Positions 32,882-43,066 are shown, counted from the stretch's first letter. The stretch: 64,000 nt of DNA from Microcoleus sp. (GCA_052279835.1 CP181291.1:2880001-2944000), one strand, 5' to 3'. Program-made: numbers and translations. Notes: generated by a model from the letters alone, not told the origin.

Positions 32882-33541
32882 ATGAAAGCATTTGTAGCAG
32901 GAGCCACAGGTCAAACAGGCCGCCGAATTGTCACAGAATTGGTCAAGCGCGGGATTCCGGTACGTGCTCTAGTCCGTAATTTAGAGACAGCTAGGCAAAT
33001 TTTACCCCCGGAAGCTGAGTTAGTCACGGGAGATGTATTAAATGCAACTTCTCTTGCCGATGCCATCGGTGATAGTACGGTATTGCTGTGCGCCACGGGT
33101 GCAGCCCCTGGTTTTGACCCCACATTGCCCTATCGGGTGGATTTTGAGGGAACCAAAAATTTGGTGGATGCAGCTAAGGCTAAGGGAATAGAGCATTTTG
33201 TGCTGGTGACATCTCTGTGCGTCTCAAACTTTTTTCACCCCCTGAATTTGTTTTGGCTGATTCTGGTGTGGAAAAAGCAAGCTGAGGATTATTTGCAAAA
33301 AAGTGGCTTGACTTTTACCATTGTCCGACCGGGTGGTCTCAAAAATGAGGATAATTCTTATGCGATCGTCATGGACTCAGCAGACAAACTATCAGATGGT
33401 AGCATTCCCCGCACTAAGGTAGCTCAAGTATGCGTGGAAGCCCTATTTGAGCCGGCTTCTCGCAATAAGGTAGTGGAGATTGTGGCGAAGTCGGAGGCTC
33501 CCGAAAAGAGTTTCGAGCAGTTATTTGCCAGTGTGATATAA
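32882..33541 (+). CDS. NAD(P)-binding Rossmann protein (atypical SDR, Tic62-like)
   Basis: VAGATGQTG, TIVRPGGL. Confidence 0.9.
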   Translation: MKAFVAGATGQTGRRIVTELVKRGIPVRALVRNLETARQILPPEAELVTGDVLNATSLADAIGDSTVLLCATGAAPGFDPTLPYRVDFEGTKNLVDAAKAKGIEHFVLVTSLCVSNFFHPLNLFWLILVWKKQAEDYLQKSGLTFTIVRPGGLKNEDNSYAIVMDSADKLSDGSIPRTKVAQVCVEALFEPASRNKVVEIVAKSEAPEKSFEQLFASVI

Positions 33542-33556
33542 AACGAGTTGGCGATC

Positions 33557-33589
33557 GGAGTCCCGACTTATTAAAGCAGTCGGGACTCT
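33557..33589. terminator. Hairpin (REP-like or terminator) after the SDR gene
   Basis: GAGTCCCGACT...AGTCGGGACTC. Confidence 0.55.
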
Positions 33590-33767
33590 GGTGTGCAGAG
33601 GGTGAGGAGTCGATGGTTATTTAATTTAAATTATTCTCATCTGGGCCAAAAAGTAGATTTAAAATGATATAAAACTTCAAATTCAAGCAAGTTTCCATAT
33701 TTAGATAGATGTTGTATTTTGAGTTATTTGTTTACCTTGAATATAGAGACTTATTAATAAAAATGCC

Positions 33768-34016
33768 GTGATTTATCCCACTCCCGATCCCTTTCCAGGG
33801 CCGCAGATTCCCAGTACCGAACCGGGGTTGCCGACCATACCGGCATCGCCACCAGTGCCTGGTCCGGTTCCCGAAACAGTGCCAGGGATAGTACCGGAGC
33901 CAGTACCAGCCCCCATTCCCCAGCCAATTCCCGAACCGGTGCCGGAAACTGTACCCTCGCCGATTCCTCAGACAGTGCCGGGGCCAATTCCTCAGACAAT
34001 CCCTGAGCCGGTGTAA
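33768..34016 (+). CDS. Small proline-rich repeat protein (82 aa)
   Basis: 32 of 82 residues are Pro; the repeats vary at synonymous codon positions. Confidence 0.65.
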   Translation: MIYPTPDPFPGPQIPSTEPGLPTIPASPPVPGPVPETVPGIVPEPVPAPIPQPIPEPVPETVPSPIPQTVPGPIPQTIPEPV

Positions 34017-34051
34017 ATTACGTTTGAGTCGAGAGCCAGATGCCAGACTGT

Positions 34052-34114
34052 TTGTGAGGTTGATATCCAACACCCACTTTCTCCAATGGTGGTTGTTAAA
34101 TATCAACCTCACAA
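34052..34114. terminator. Long hairpin between convergent genes
   Basis: 15-bp perfect inverted repeat TTGTGAGGTTGATAT / ATATCAACCTCACAA. Confidence 0.55.
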
Positions 34115-34140
34115 CAGCCGATTTTTGGATAAGTTATCAA

Positions 34141-34497
34141 TTAACGGAAGTTGAGGGCGCTCTCTTTACAAAGGTTCACAGCATCCAACTCTGTGTATTT
34201 GCCGTCAGAGTATTCGGCTCTGACATCAAAAACGCAGCCTCCATCCGAACCGCCATAGTCAGCTCTATTCCACTCAAAATCTGCCTTTTGGCGATCGGCA
34301 ATGGGGCCATCTAGCTCGTTTTGTCCCCAAGTATTCTTATCTGGAGGAGACATATAGACTGCTGTCATAGTTTTGCCACTGTTGTTAACAACCGAAACTT
34401 TCACCATCTGAGCGAAAACGCTAGATGCTGCCAGTGCCACCAGTGGCAAAGACAACCCAGCAGCGATCGTTAATTTGCTTAACAACTTGTTAACCAT
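34141..34497 (-). CDS. Small secreted beta-rich protein
   Basis: Signal peptide ending VFA-Q; VNNS...YMSP...WG..L; two Cys. Confidence 0.8.
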   Translation of the reverse strand: MVNKLLSKLTIAAGLSLPLVALAASSVFAQMVKVSVVNNSGKTMTAVYMSPPDKNTWGQNELDGPIADRQKADFEWNRADYGGSDGGCVFDVRAEYSDGKYTELDAVNLCKESALNFR

Positions 34498-34618
34498 GGA
34501 GCCATCTACCTCAAGTTACGTATTTATACAAGCTTAGCTGTAGAAGCGAGCACAGACAAGTCAAATATATTGGTATTGCTTATGATATTTTGAAACAGTG
34601 ATACGTTTCTAAATAGCC

Positions 34619-35710
34619 ATGCTTACCGCCGGAATTGTCGGACTGCCTAATGTTGGCAAATCTACTTTGTTTAATGCCCTGGTTGCTAATGCCAAGGCGA
34701 CTGCTGCTAATTTTCCTTTCTGTACGATCGAGCCAAATACGGGTGTCGTGGCAGTGCCAGACGAACGGTTGAAGGTGCTGAGCGATATTTGCAATTCCGC
34801 GCAAATAGTGCCGACGCGAATGGAGTTTGTGGATATTGCAGGTTTGGTGAAGGGGGCGAGTCAGGGGGAAGGATTGGGAAATCAATTTTTGTCTCATATT
34901 CGGGCTGTAGATGCGATCGCCCATGTTGTCCGCTGTTTTGACAATGATGATATCATTCACGTTGCGGGTTCTGTCGATCCCCTCCGAGATATTGACATTA
35001 TCAACCTCGAATTAATTCTCGCAGATTTAGCTCAAATTGAACGCAGGCTCGATCGCACTCGCAAGCTAGCCCGCAACAATAAAGAAGCTCAGGCAGAAGT
35101 AGACATCCTCGAAAAATTGGTCGCAGTTTTGAATGCGGGTAAACCAGCACGACAGTACAGTTTCACCCAGGAGGAAGCTGAGTTAGTCAAAGGTTTGGAA
35201 TTACTAACCAATAAACCAATTATCTATGCTGCCAACGTATCTGAGGATGATTTGGCCACAGGAAATAGCTATGTGGAACAGGTGCGGGCAGTAGCAGCAG
35301 CAGAAAATGCTAAGGTTGTTATAGTTTCGGCACAAGTTGAGTCAGAATTGGTGGAGTTATCCGAGGAAGAACGCACAGATTTCCTGGAATCTCTGGGGGT
35401 GAAAGAAGGTGGCTTAAAATCTCTGATTCGAGCTACTTACGAATTGTTAGGTTTGCGGACTTATTTTACTAGCGGGCCAAAGGAAACTCGTGCTTGGACG
35501 ATTATCGCCGGAATGTTGGCACCGCAAGCTGCGGGAGTAATTCACTCCGATTTTGAACGGGGCTTTATCCGGGCTGAAACTGTGGCTTATCAAGATTTAG
35601 TTACCACGGGTGGGATGAATGCGGCTAAGGAAAAAGGCCTAGTTCGCAGTGAAGGTAAAGAGTATGTTGTACAAGAGGGGGATGTGCTGTTGTTCCGATT
35701 TAATGTTTAG
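34619..35710 (+). CDS. ychF: Redox-regulated ATPase YchF
   Basis: GLPNVGKST, NFPFCTIEPN, DIAGLVKGAS, TGS domain ending FRFNV. Confidence 0.97.
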   Translation: MLTAGIVGLPNVGKSTLFNALVANAKATAANFPFCTIEPNTGVVAVPDERLKVLSDICNSAQIVPTRMEFVDIAGLVKGASQGEGLGNQFLSHIRAVDAIAHVVRCFDNDDIIHVAGSVDPLRDIDIINLELILADLAQIERRLDRTRKLARNNKEAQAEVDILEKLVAVLNAGKPARQYSFTQEEAELVKGLELLTNKPIIYAANVSEDDLATGNSYVEQVRAVAAAENAKVVIVSAQVESELVELSEEERTDFLESLGVKEGGLKSLIRATYELLGLRTYFTSGPKETRAWTIIAGMLAPQAAGVIHSDFERGFIRAETVAYQDLVTTGGMNAAKEKGLVRSEGKEYVVQEGDVLLFRFNV

Positions 35711-35731
35711 ACTGTTTAAGGAGATTGGCAC

Positions 35732-36097
35732 ATGAATATTGTTTCGTTGGCAATTGCTTGGTTGGTAACATCGGTGAGCTTTTTTATTATTTCCAAGTTG
35801 CCGATTGGGGTAGATATTGACACTTTTGGAAAAGCGATGATTTCGGCTGCGGTTTTTGGATTGCTAAATGCTTTGGTGCGGCCGATTTTTTTATTGTTTA
35901 CTTTTCCAGCAGTGTTGATCACTTTTGGTTTGTTTATGATTGTTATCAATGCTGCTATTTTTGGATTGGCGGCTTGGTTAGTGGATGGATTTCGCTTGCG
36001 ATGGGGAATTTGGAGTGCTTTGCTTGGGGCGATCGCCCTCGGTTTTGTTAACTCTTTGCTTTATGAGTTGTTAGGACCAATACTTAATTCTCGGTAG
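35732..36097 (+). CDS. YvlD-like four-TM membrane protein (phage holin family 4)
   Basis: GLLNALVRP...TFGLF..VINA. Confidence 0.85.
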   Translation: MNIVSLAIAWLVTSVSFFIISKLPIGVDIDTFGKAMISAAVFGLLNALVRPIFLLFTFPAVLITFGLFMIVINAAIFGLAAWLVDGFRLRWGIWSALLGAIALGFVNSLLYELLGPILNSR

Positions 36098-36129
36098 GTA
36101 AAAGTAACGTGGGGCTCGTTTATTTGTAA

Positions 36130-36247
36130 CTGGTTCCTAGGCTCTGCCTAGGAATCAATATCCAGAGGCTCTGCCTCGCTTTGTTGAGCCGGAAAAACAG
36201 AGGCAGATCCAAAGCATCTGCGTTCCCAGACAGAGCCTGGGAACGAG
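36130..36247. repeat. MITE/REP-like element with about 25-bp imperfect terminal inverted repeats
   Basis: CTGGTTCCTAGGCTCTGCCTAGGAA ... TTCCCAGACAGAGCCTGGGAACGAG; internal GAGGCTCTGCCTC palindrome. Confidence 0.75.
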
Positions 36248-36266
36248 GAGAAAGAGGTGTTTTTAG

Positions 36267-36719
36267 TTAATTATCAGCCTCAAAACCCTCTCTCTTCCTC
36301 CTATTGTCAACGAGCCAATCGGCATTCTCACCGCCTATAATTAGCTCTTCTACCGTCACAAATTCTTTGCTTAGTTGCTGGAAAACATTAATCAAAACAT
36401 CGAGGGCGATCGCATCGCTAGTCCCCAAATCAAACCAACAACGAGCCCAAACTCCCTCGTACTCCATCTCTCCCATATTGTGCATCAAAGCCATCATGCT
36501 CCCATCGGCAAGATTAACATCGTAATCCATATCATTGATATCTAACCCCTCATCTTGCACTTGCAGGTTTTCCGCATTAAATCCTCCTAGTTTTCCTAAG
36601 AAAAACCAAGAATCAAACACCTCTTCAACATACTGTTTTTCACCATTGGAAGGTACATTGCTGAACTTCAGCCAAATCCACAAGTCAAAGGGATTAAATT
36701 CGCGAAACTGTACTTTCAT
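36267..36719 (-). CDS. DUF3531-like protein
   Basis: FREFNPFDLWIW, GKLGGFNAENLQ, WARCWFDLGTSD. Confidence 0.82.
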   Translation of the reverse strand: MKVQFREFNPFDLWIWLKFSNVPSNGEKQYVEEVFDSWFFLGKLGGFNAENLQVQDEGLDINDMDYDVNLADGSMMALMHNMGEMEYEGVWARCWFDLGTSDAIALDVLINVFQQLSKEFVTVEELIIGGENADWLVDNRRKREGFEADN

Positions 36720-36734
36720 AATTTTTTGGTGTTT

Positions 36735-37763
36735 TTATAGTGGTGGTAAGGCCGCCGGGCCCCAGATACCGTCTGCATCTCGAATTTTATCGCGCATTGG
36801 GTCGCAGTCACGAGTTTTATTGTCGAGACGGTTGCGGGTTCTGCACTGCTGAAAGAAAATTTCAGCAACTAAACTTCTCGGTAATTGATCGGATTTTGCC
36901 AAGGAAGCATCAAAGTTTTTGCGAGCTTCTTCTAGTAAAGTTTTATTATATTCTTTGCCATCTTTACCCTTTGCCTGAGTAAATAAGATTTGGGCTTTTA
37001 GATAAAGAATTTCGGGATTTTGGGGTGTTTCTGCCAGTGCTTTGTTGGCAAATTCTAGGGCTGAGTCGTATTTTTTTAGGTCTCGATAGCCTACGGACAT
37101 TCCCCGATAGGCTAAGTAGCGGGGAGAGGCTTTTTGTTCTAGTCTTTGAATAGCGTCACTGGCGTTGGAAAAGGGCAGGTTGGTGGCTAGCATTAAATCC
37201 ATGTAGCCTTTGATTAAGTTGAGTTCTGGGTCGTTGGGAGCTATTTTTTCGGCGGCATCTAGATATTGAAATACGACTCGCAGTTTGTTGAGTGCTTGGG
37301 GTGCGCCTTTGGCTGTTCCTTCTTTGGCTATGACATTTGCTCCTTCTAGAAAGTGACCTGCTGCGGTGTAAATGTTGCCACGTAGGGGATTTGTTTTAGT
37401 CAGTTGTTCGCCGATTTCGCGGGTTTTTTGCGCGTAGGAATTCATCGAGTTTAAGTCTTGCTCGATGTAGGATAATGAGGCTGCCATTGCATAGGCTAGT
37501 GGCTCGTTTGGTTCGGATGATAGTGCTTGTTGAACTTGAGATTTTGCTGTTTTGTAGTTTCCTTGCTGAAACATTGTTTTGAAGGCGGTTTCGGTTTTGG
37601 GTCCGATCGCCTGTGGGTATGTCGAGCGAAACGGATCGCCCGCTAATGCTGAGTTGATGCACATACTCAAGGCGATCGCCATACTGGCCATCGTCCCCAC
37701 TGTCTGTTTATTTCTGCTAATTTGTTTGCCAAGGGACGCTAAAATGGTTTTCATCATCGTCAA
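36735..37763 (-). CDS. Exported TPR protein (Sll0314/Alr1548-like)
   Basis: Signal-like ALA-GDPFR; NDPELNLIKGYMDLMLA; TPR patterns. Confidence 0.82.
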   Translation of the reverse strand: MTMMKTILASLGKQISRNKQTVGTMASMAIALSMCINSALAGDPFRSTYPQAIGPKTETAFKTMFQQGNYKTAKSQVQQALSSEPNEPLAYAMAASLSYIEQDLNSMNSYAQKTREIGEQLTKTNPLRGNIYTAAGHFLEGANVIAKEGTAKGAPQALNKLRVVFQYLDAAEKIAPNDPELNLIKGYMDLMLATNLPFSNASDAIQRLEQKASPRYLAYRGMSVGYRDLKKYDSALEFANKALAETPQNPEILYLKAQILFTQAKGKDGKEYNKTLLEEARKNFDASLAKSDQLPRSLVAEIFFQQCRTRNRLDNKTRDCDPMRDKIRDADGIWGPAALPPL

Positions 37764-38110
37764 TTCTGTGAAGGCAATAAATTTTCACTGGGAATCGGAA
37801 AGTTAAAATTTCAGACTTCGGGGCCGCCACTCAAAAAATGATACGATGGTCTTGATTATTGCGGGCTATTGCCCTATAATTTAATAATGGGAATATGAGC
37901 ATTTCTAAAAAAATTGCAGATACTTCCATTATTAAAATATACCATAAAGCAATTTGAAAATCAAGCGCCCAAGTTCAAAAAAAACGACCGATTTTTGTAA
38001 AGATTTATGTAAAATTTAGGTAAAATCATGGTGGGCGATCGGCACAAGCCAGAAAAAGCCTTAATTATTAATAGCACAACCAAGAAGTTAACTAAAGAGC
38101 GAACAAATAT

Positions 38111-38165
38111 TTTCTTCCCTCTTCCCTCTTCCCTATTCCTTCTTCCTTCTTCCTTCTTCCTTCTC
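38111..38165. repeat. Heptamer tandem repeat (TTCCTTC)n
   Basis: Directly visible; same family at about 41905-41945 and 57841-57900. Confidence 0.85.
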
Positions 38166-38168
38166 CCC

Positions 38169-38840
38169 ATGCTATATCTAAAAAACCTAGTCTATCATCC
38201 TACAGCCTGTCCGAATCCTATTCTCAAAAACATCAATTTAGAACTACCATCCCAGCAAATGGGGCTGATAGTCGGCCGCAGCGGTTCAGGCAAAAGTACC
38301 TTCTTAGAAATATTAGCAGGTTTAGCAGAAAAAACTAGCGGTGACATCCGCTGGCGCGAACAAGAATTAACTCCAGAACACTTACAACAGTTAGGAGGTT
38401 TAGTATTTCAATTTCCCGAAAGACATTTTTGCGGAGGCACAATTTTAGAAGAATTGCGCTTGGGACACCCGGAATTGGGACAAGAACAAATCAACAAAGC
38501 GATGGGTGAAGTGGGACTCGGACATTTGCCACTGAGCACTTCTCCCCATGCTTTGAGTGGAGGACAACAGCGACGGGTGGCGCTGGCGGTACAGCTAATT
38601 CGCCAGCCGCATTTGCTGCTTTTGGACGAACCGACGGCGGGTTTGGATTGGTCGATGCGCCGACAGTTGGTAAGCTTGTTGAGTAAGTTAAAAAATCACT
38701 GGACATTGTTGATTGTTACTCACGATGCTAGCGATTTATTGAGTGTTGCAGATAAATTTTGGACTTTAGAACGCGGGGATTTGCAGGAAGTCGATCGGGC
38801 TAAATTAGAAGCTAAAGAAACCAGCTTTGTTAGTCATTAG
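38169..38840 (+). CDS. ABC ATP-binding protein (EcfA/CbiO-like)
   Basis: GRSGSGKST, LSGGQ, LLLDEP, VTH. Confidence 0.92.
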   Translation: MLYLKNLVYHPTACPNPILKNINLELPSQQMGLIVGRSGSGKSTFLEILAGLAEKTSGDIRWREQELTPEHLQQLGGLVFQFPERHFCGGTILEELRLGHPELGQEQINKAMGEVGLGHLPLSTSPHALSGGQQRRVALAVQLIRQPHLLLLDEPTAGLDWSMRRQLVSLLSKLKNHWTLLIVTHDASDLLSVADKFWTLERGDLQEVDRAKLEAKETSFVSH

Positions 38841-38919
38841 TCATTAGTTAGTAGTCATCAGTCATCAGTCATCAGTCATTAGTCATTAGTCATTAGTCAT
38901 TAGTCATTAGTTAGTAGTT
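38830..38919. repeat. Heptamer tandem repeat (TAGTCAT/CAGTCAT)n
   Basis: Directly visible. Confidence 0.9.
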
Positions 38920-38951
38920 GAGAGTAGGTCAAGAAAGAGTAGGGATAAAAG

Positions 38952-39671
38952 ATGAATCAGATTACAATTCCCATGCTACCGGAAATGAATGAGTTGTGGC
39001 AGGAATCCCTGAATTGGGTGCCGAATGACTCACAACAGCAACATTTTCAGCGACTTTACCAATTAATTCTTGAGGGTAATCGCTCTTTAAATTTAACTCG
39101 AATTACTGAACCCATCGAGTTTTGGGAAAAACATTTGTGGGATTCTCTGCGGGGCATTGCGAGACTGCTACCAGTTAATGATAATTTTGGGGAAATTCGC
39201 GAATTTCCCCCACAGTCGCTGCTCAAAGCCATCGATATCGGGACTGGGGGAGGTTTTCCAGGGTTGCCTGTGGCGATCGCACTTCCCAATTTATCAGTTA
39301 CTTTGCTTGATTCTACCCGCAAAAAAATTGATTTTCTGGACACAGTTTTACCATCATTAGCAGTAAAAAATGCTGCGACTTTGCTGGGGAGATCCGATGA
39401 AATTTGGCGGCAACCACCTCACAAAGCAGCTTACAATCTGGCGTTTCTGCGAGCAGTGGGAGCCGCCTCTGTTTGTGGTAAATATGCCGTGCCTTTCCTG
39501 AAAAATGGCGGTTTAGCTGTGCTTTATCGAGGTAATTGGACGGCGGAAGAAGAGACAGAGTTGCAAAGTGCGATCGAACCTTTAGGCGGCACAGTTGAGT
39601 CAGTCGAAGCATTCACAACTCCCGTGAGTCATAGTGTGCGACACTGCGTTTATTTGCGGAAATTTGTATAA
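38952..39671 (+). CDS. rsmG: 16S rRNA m7G527 methyltransferase
   Basis: NLTRI, KHLWDS, DIGTGGGFPG, DSTRKK. Confidence 0.95.
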   Translation: MNQITIPMLPEMNELWQESLNWVPNDSQQQHFQRLYQLILEGNRSLNLTRITEPIEFWEKHLWDSLRGIARLLPVNDNFGEIREFPPQSLLKAIDIGTGGGFPGLPVAIALPNLSVTLLDSTRKKIDFLDTVLPSLAVKNAATLLGRSDEIWRQPPHKAAYNLAFLRAVGAASVCGKYAVPFLKNGGLAVLYRGNWTAEEETELQSAIEPLGGTVESVEAFTTPVSHSVRHCVYLRKFV

Positions 39672-39845
39672 GTTTGTAGTGAGGACTTCAGTCCTATAGC
39701 AATCCTAAATCATTTGTGAATTTCTTACTCCCTCCCCTTAATAAGGGGAGGGTTGGGGTGGGGTAAAAAACTTTACGACTCCTGCAAGGATTGCTATATA
39801 TCTTGTTTATGTTAGTGAAGCAGGACTAAAGTCATTACTACAAAC
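39672..39845. mobile_element. MITE (39695-39798) nested in a REP-like inverted-repeat pair
   Basis: Inner TATAGCAATCCT...AGGATTGCTATA; outer GTTTGTAGTGAGGACTTCAGTCCT / AGGACTAAAGTCATTACTACAAAC. Confidence 0.75.
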
Positions 39846-39849
39846 AATA

Positions 39850-40605
39850 TTAACCGATCGCCTTTTCGTAACGCTTGCTAATCTCTGTCCAATTCACAAC
39901 ATTCCACCAAGCTTTGAGATAATCAGCGCGCAAGTTTTGGTATTTGAGATAATAAGCGTGTTCCCAAACATCATTACCCATAATTGGATAATTTCCCTCC
40001 ATTAAAGGAGAGTCTTGATTCGGAGTAGTTGCAATCTCAAGTTTGCCAGCTTTAGTGCGGACTAACCACACCCAACCACTACCAAAACGTTTAGTTCCCG
40101 CGTCGTTAAATTTGGCTTTAAAATCGTCCGCAGTGCCGAAACTTTGCTTAATTGCTGTTGCTAAACTACCTGTGGGCTCGCCACCGCCTTTGGGACTCAT
40201 GATTTCCCAAAACATACTGTGATTTAGGTGTCCGCCACCATTGTTACGAACTGCTGTGCGAATATCTTCGGGTACTTTACTCAAATCCCTGAGCATATTT
40301 TCCACACTCATGTTTTTGAGTTGCGGATACTTGCTAACCGCATCGTTGAGGTTTTTAACGTAAGCTGCGTGATGTTTATCATGATGGAATTGCATTGTCC
40401 GCCCATCGATGTGCGGTTCTAAGGCATTGTATTCGTAGGGCAGAGGTGGCAGTGTAAAAGGCCCCGGAGTTTGAGCTATCTTGGTGGCTTCGGCAATTGG
40501 ACTTGCTTGCGCTACATTATTTCCTGATGCTTGGCAAGCACCTGCGGTAATAGCTCCGACGCTGGCACTTAGTAAATACAAGAAATTTCGGCGTTTCAGA
40601 GTCAT
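39850..40605 (-). CDS. sodA: Mn superoxide dismutase with twin-arginine-like N-terminal extension
   Basis: [26 protein letters not shown]-terminal KRRNFL plus hydrophobic stretch. Confidence 0.9.
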   Translation of the reverse strand: MTLKRRNFLYLLSASVGAITAGACQASGNNVAQASPIAEATKIAQTPGPFTLPPLPYEYNALEPHIDGRTMQFHHDKHHAAYVKNLNDAVSKYPQLKNMSVENMLRDLSKVPEDIRTAVRNNGGGHLNHSMFWEIMSPKGGGEPTGSLATAIKQSFGTADDFKAKFNDAGTKRFGSGWVWLVRTKAGKLEIATTPNQDSPLMEGNYPIMGNDVWEHAYYLKYQNLRADYLKAWWNVVNWTEISKRYEKAIG

Positions 40606-40715
40606 ATACAGTACCTAAGTGAATTATTAACTGTTTAAACCATATTACACTATCCGCCAATTCCCGACTTCTTCAATAAGTAAGAAATCTCCAAAAATAG
40701 CCTTGTTTTTTGATA

Positions 40716-41900
40716 TTATTCTTTGGATAAGCGCTGAACAGATTCACCTCCAAAAAGTTCGTCGGCTGCTTTCAGAATACCCGGAATTTTAGCAGCGTGG
40801 GGACTGTGAGCGAGACAGCGACGCAAGTCTAATTCATCGAGGCGATCGGCTTTTTGACCTGGGAACCAGTGGCTGGCGTTACCCAGTAGATTGTAGCGCA
40901 TTTTGCAATACTCTATAGTATTATAAGCCTGCGCTAAATTCCACAGCCACAAAATCACATAAATGTTAATATTTCCCGGAGTATTTTCTATGGTGGGTAA
41001 ACCGACGTGCCAAGTTTTAAACCAATCTTCTCCTAATTGATTAATTGCTGCGGTTTCCAATCTTGCTAATATGGGTGGCAAAAGTCCATCGGCTTTATCT
41101 AACAATTGTACCGCTTTGAGATGTTCGTTAAAATCTTCAGGTTTTGCTGCACCCAAACTCAAAGTGTGTACTTGCGGATGTGACAAACAAAATAAGTCGT
41201 TAAACACCATCGGACTCAGAGGATAACACAAGTCGATCAATTTTTGTGGCGGGTTGTAAAGTTGACCGCCTTTATCGGAAGGACTAATGATAAAAACGCC
41301 CATGTCGTGAAGTTTAGCAGCTTCAATGGCTGGCAAGTTAATTTGATTAATGTAGTACCAGTGCAGGTTAACATAATCGAATTGATTGGTTTCAATTGTT
41401 TTGACAATCACATCCGTCGGGCCGTGAGTTGAAAAACCGATAAACCGGACTTTGCCCTCTGCTTGCAATTTTCTAGCCACATCCATGCAGCCACCTGGAC
41501 GAATGGAATCTTCTAGTAATTCCCAGGTATTAATGCCATGTATGGATAGTAAATCGACGTATTCTAGTTGTAAATAAGCTAAGGATGTCTCAAATTCTTC
41601 GCGAAATTTATCGGCGTTAGGTTGGACAGTAACTTTTGTTTGAACGATTAATTTTTCACGAGGCAACTTCGGTAATATCAATCCTAATTGCATCTCAGAA
41701 GTGCCGTAACCGCGAGCAGTTTCTATGTGATTGATGCCACATTCTACAGAGTAGCGAATCGTTTTTTCTAGATTTTCTTGATTGTCAAGGGGAATTTCAT
41801 TTAGTGGTACGTCTTGCCATTTGTAGTGATATCTCATACCACCGCAGGAAAAGACTGGCATGGATAATTCTGTGCGTCCGAATCTGCGATATTGCATCAT
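40716..41900 (-). CDS. Aldo/keto reductase family protein
   Basis: MQYRRFGRT...SCGGMR, HIETARGYGTSE, IGFSTH; the longer ORF start only reads through repeats. Confidence 0.9.
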   Translation of the reverse strand: MMQYRRFGRTELSMPVFSCGGMRYHYKWQDVPLNEIPLDNQENLEKTIRYSVECGINHIETARGYGTSEMQLGLILPKLPREKLIVQTKVTVQPNADKFREEFETSLAYLQLEYVDLLSIHGINTWELLEDSIRPGGCMDVARKLQAEGKVRFIGFSTHGPTDVIVKTIETNQFDYVNLHWYYINQINLPAIEAAKLHDMGVFIISPSDKGGQLYNPPQKLIDLCYPLSPMVFNDLFCLSHPQVHTLSLGAAKPEDFNEHLKAVQLLDKADGLLPPILARLETAAINQLGEDWFKTWHVGLPTIENTPGNINIYVILWLWNLAQAYNTIEYCKMRYNLLGNASHWFPGQKADRLDELDLRRCLAHSPHAAKIPGILKAADELFGGESVQRLSKE

Positions 41901-41940
41901 AAGTAGAAGGAATAAGGAAGAAGGAATAAGGAAGAAGGAA

Positions 41941-42137
41941 GAAGTCACCCCCCCCTGCCCCCCCCAAGGGGGGAAGGAAGAAGGAAGAAGGAAGAAGTCA
42001 CCCCCCCCTGCCCCCCCCAAGGGGGGAAGGAAGAGGAAGGAAGAAGTCACACCCCCCTGCCCCCCCCAAGGGGGGAAGGAAGAGGAAGGAAGAAGTCACC
42101 CCCCCTGCCCCCCCCAAGGGGGGAAGGAAGAGGAAGG
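41941..42137. repeat. Four tandem copies of a C/G-run palindromic unit separated by GGAAGAA-type heptamers
   Basis: GAAGTCA-C7/8-TG-C8-AA-G6-AAGGAAGA, four times. Confidence 0.9.
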
Positions 42138-42293
42138 AATAAGTAAGCACTCGTCAGATTTAAATCATTTTTTATATTAATAAATCGGAAATTGGCTATT
42201 TTTAATTACTCTAAGTTACATATTCTGCTATTTTAAAGAACAGGCAAAATGCCTGTTCTACCAAAAGGCGATGATTGATTACCAGTAGGTAAG

Positions 42294-43016
42294 TTATGAT
42301 TGTTTGAAAATCTCGCGGACTACAGGTTGGCCATCTTTAATTTCGCCAACCAAAACTAAATCTGTGCAGTTAACAAACAAGCCGTTTTCCAACACGCCAG
42401 GAATGTTATTTAAGGTTTTTTCTAGTTCGACAGGGTTGTCTAGGTTGTCGAATTGGACATCAATTACCATGTTACCTTGGTCGGTAATTACTGGCCCTGC
42501 TTTTCTGATTCCCATGCGGAGTTCTGGTTTTCCTCCCAGTTTTTCAATGGCGCGGGTGACAGGGGCGATCGCCATTGGTATCACTTCGATGGGGACTCGA
42601 AAAGTCGAACCCAATTTATCTACCATTTTAGAACTGTCAACTACTACGATAAACTGAGCTGCAAGGCAATCTACAACTTTTTCGCGAGTGTGGGCTGCGC
42701 CTCCTCCTTTAATTAAGTTTAGCTGGGGATCGACTTCATCCGCACCGTCAATCGCCACATCTATTCTGTCAATTTCATCCAGGGTTGTCAGCGGGACTCC
42801 GTATTGTTTGGCTAACACTTCTGATTGAAAAGATGTTGGTACTCCTTTGATATCTTTGAGTTGACCGGATTTGATGCGATCGCCCAAGGCCTGAATAGTA
42901 TAAGCTGTAGTTGACCCCGTGCCCAGTCCCACAATCATTCCTGACTGTACGCGATCGGCGGCAGCAAACCCTACTTGCTGTTTCATCAATTTTACGGGGT
43001 CTTGTTCTGTGGTCAT
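42294..43016 (-). CDS. rpiA: Ribose-5-phosphate isomerase A
   Basis: [26 protein letters not shown]. Confidence 0.97.
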   Translation of the reverse strand: MTTEQDPVKLMKQQVGFAAADRVQSGMIVGLGTGSTTAYTIQALGDRIKSGQLKDIKGVPTSFQSEVLAKQYGVPLTTLDEIDRIDVAIDGADEVDPQLNLIKGGGAAHTREKVVDCLAAQFIVVVDSSKMVDKLGSTFRVPIEVIPMAIAPVTRAIEKLGGKPELRMGIRKAGPVITDQGNMVIDVQFDNLDNPVELEKTLNNIPGVLENGLFVNCTDLVLVGEIKDGQPVVREIFKQS

Positions 43017-43066
43017 GTTCAATAATCCTGAATAGTTTTAAAATTATAGCACTGATGGATTTAATG

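Noticed and set aside
35732..36097. Holin as evidence of a prophage
   Set aside because: YvlD-like proteins are common chromosomal genes and no phage genes are nearby
38028..38168. N-terminal extensions of the ABC ATPase and aldo/keto reductase ORFs
   Set aside because: They translate heptamer repeats (FLLPSS-type); family-typical starts are downstream at 38169 and 41900
41941..42137. Four regularly spaced palindromic repeats as a CRISPR array
   Set aside because: The intervening sequences are short near-identical heptamers, not unique spacers
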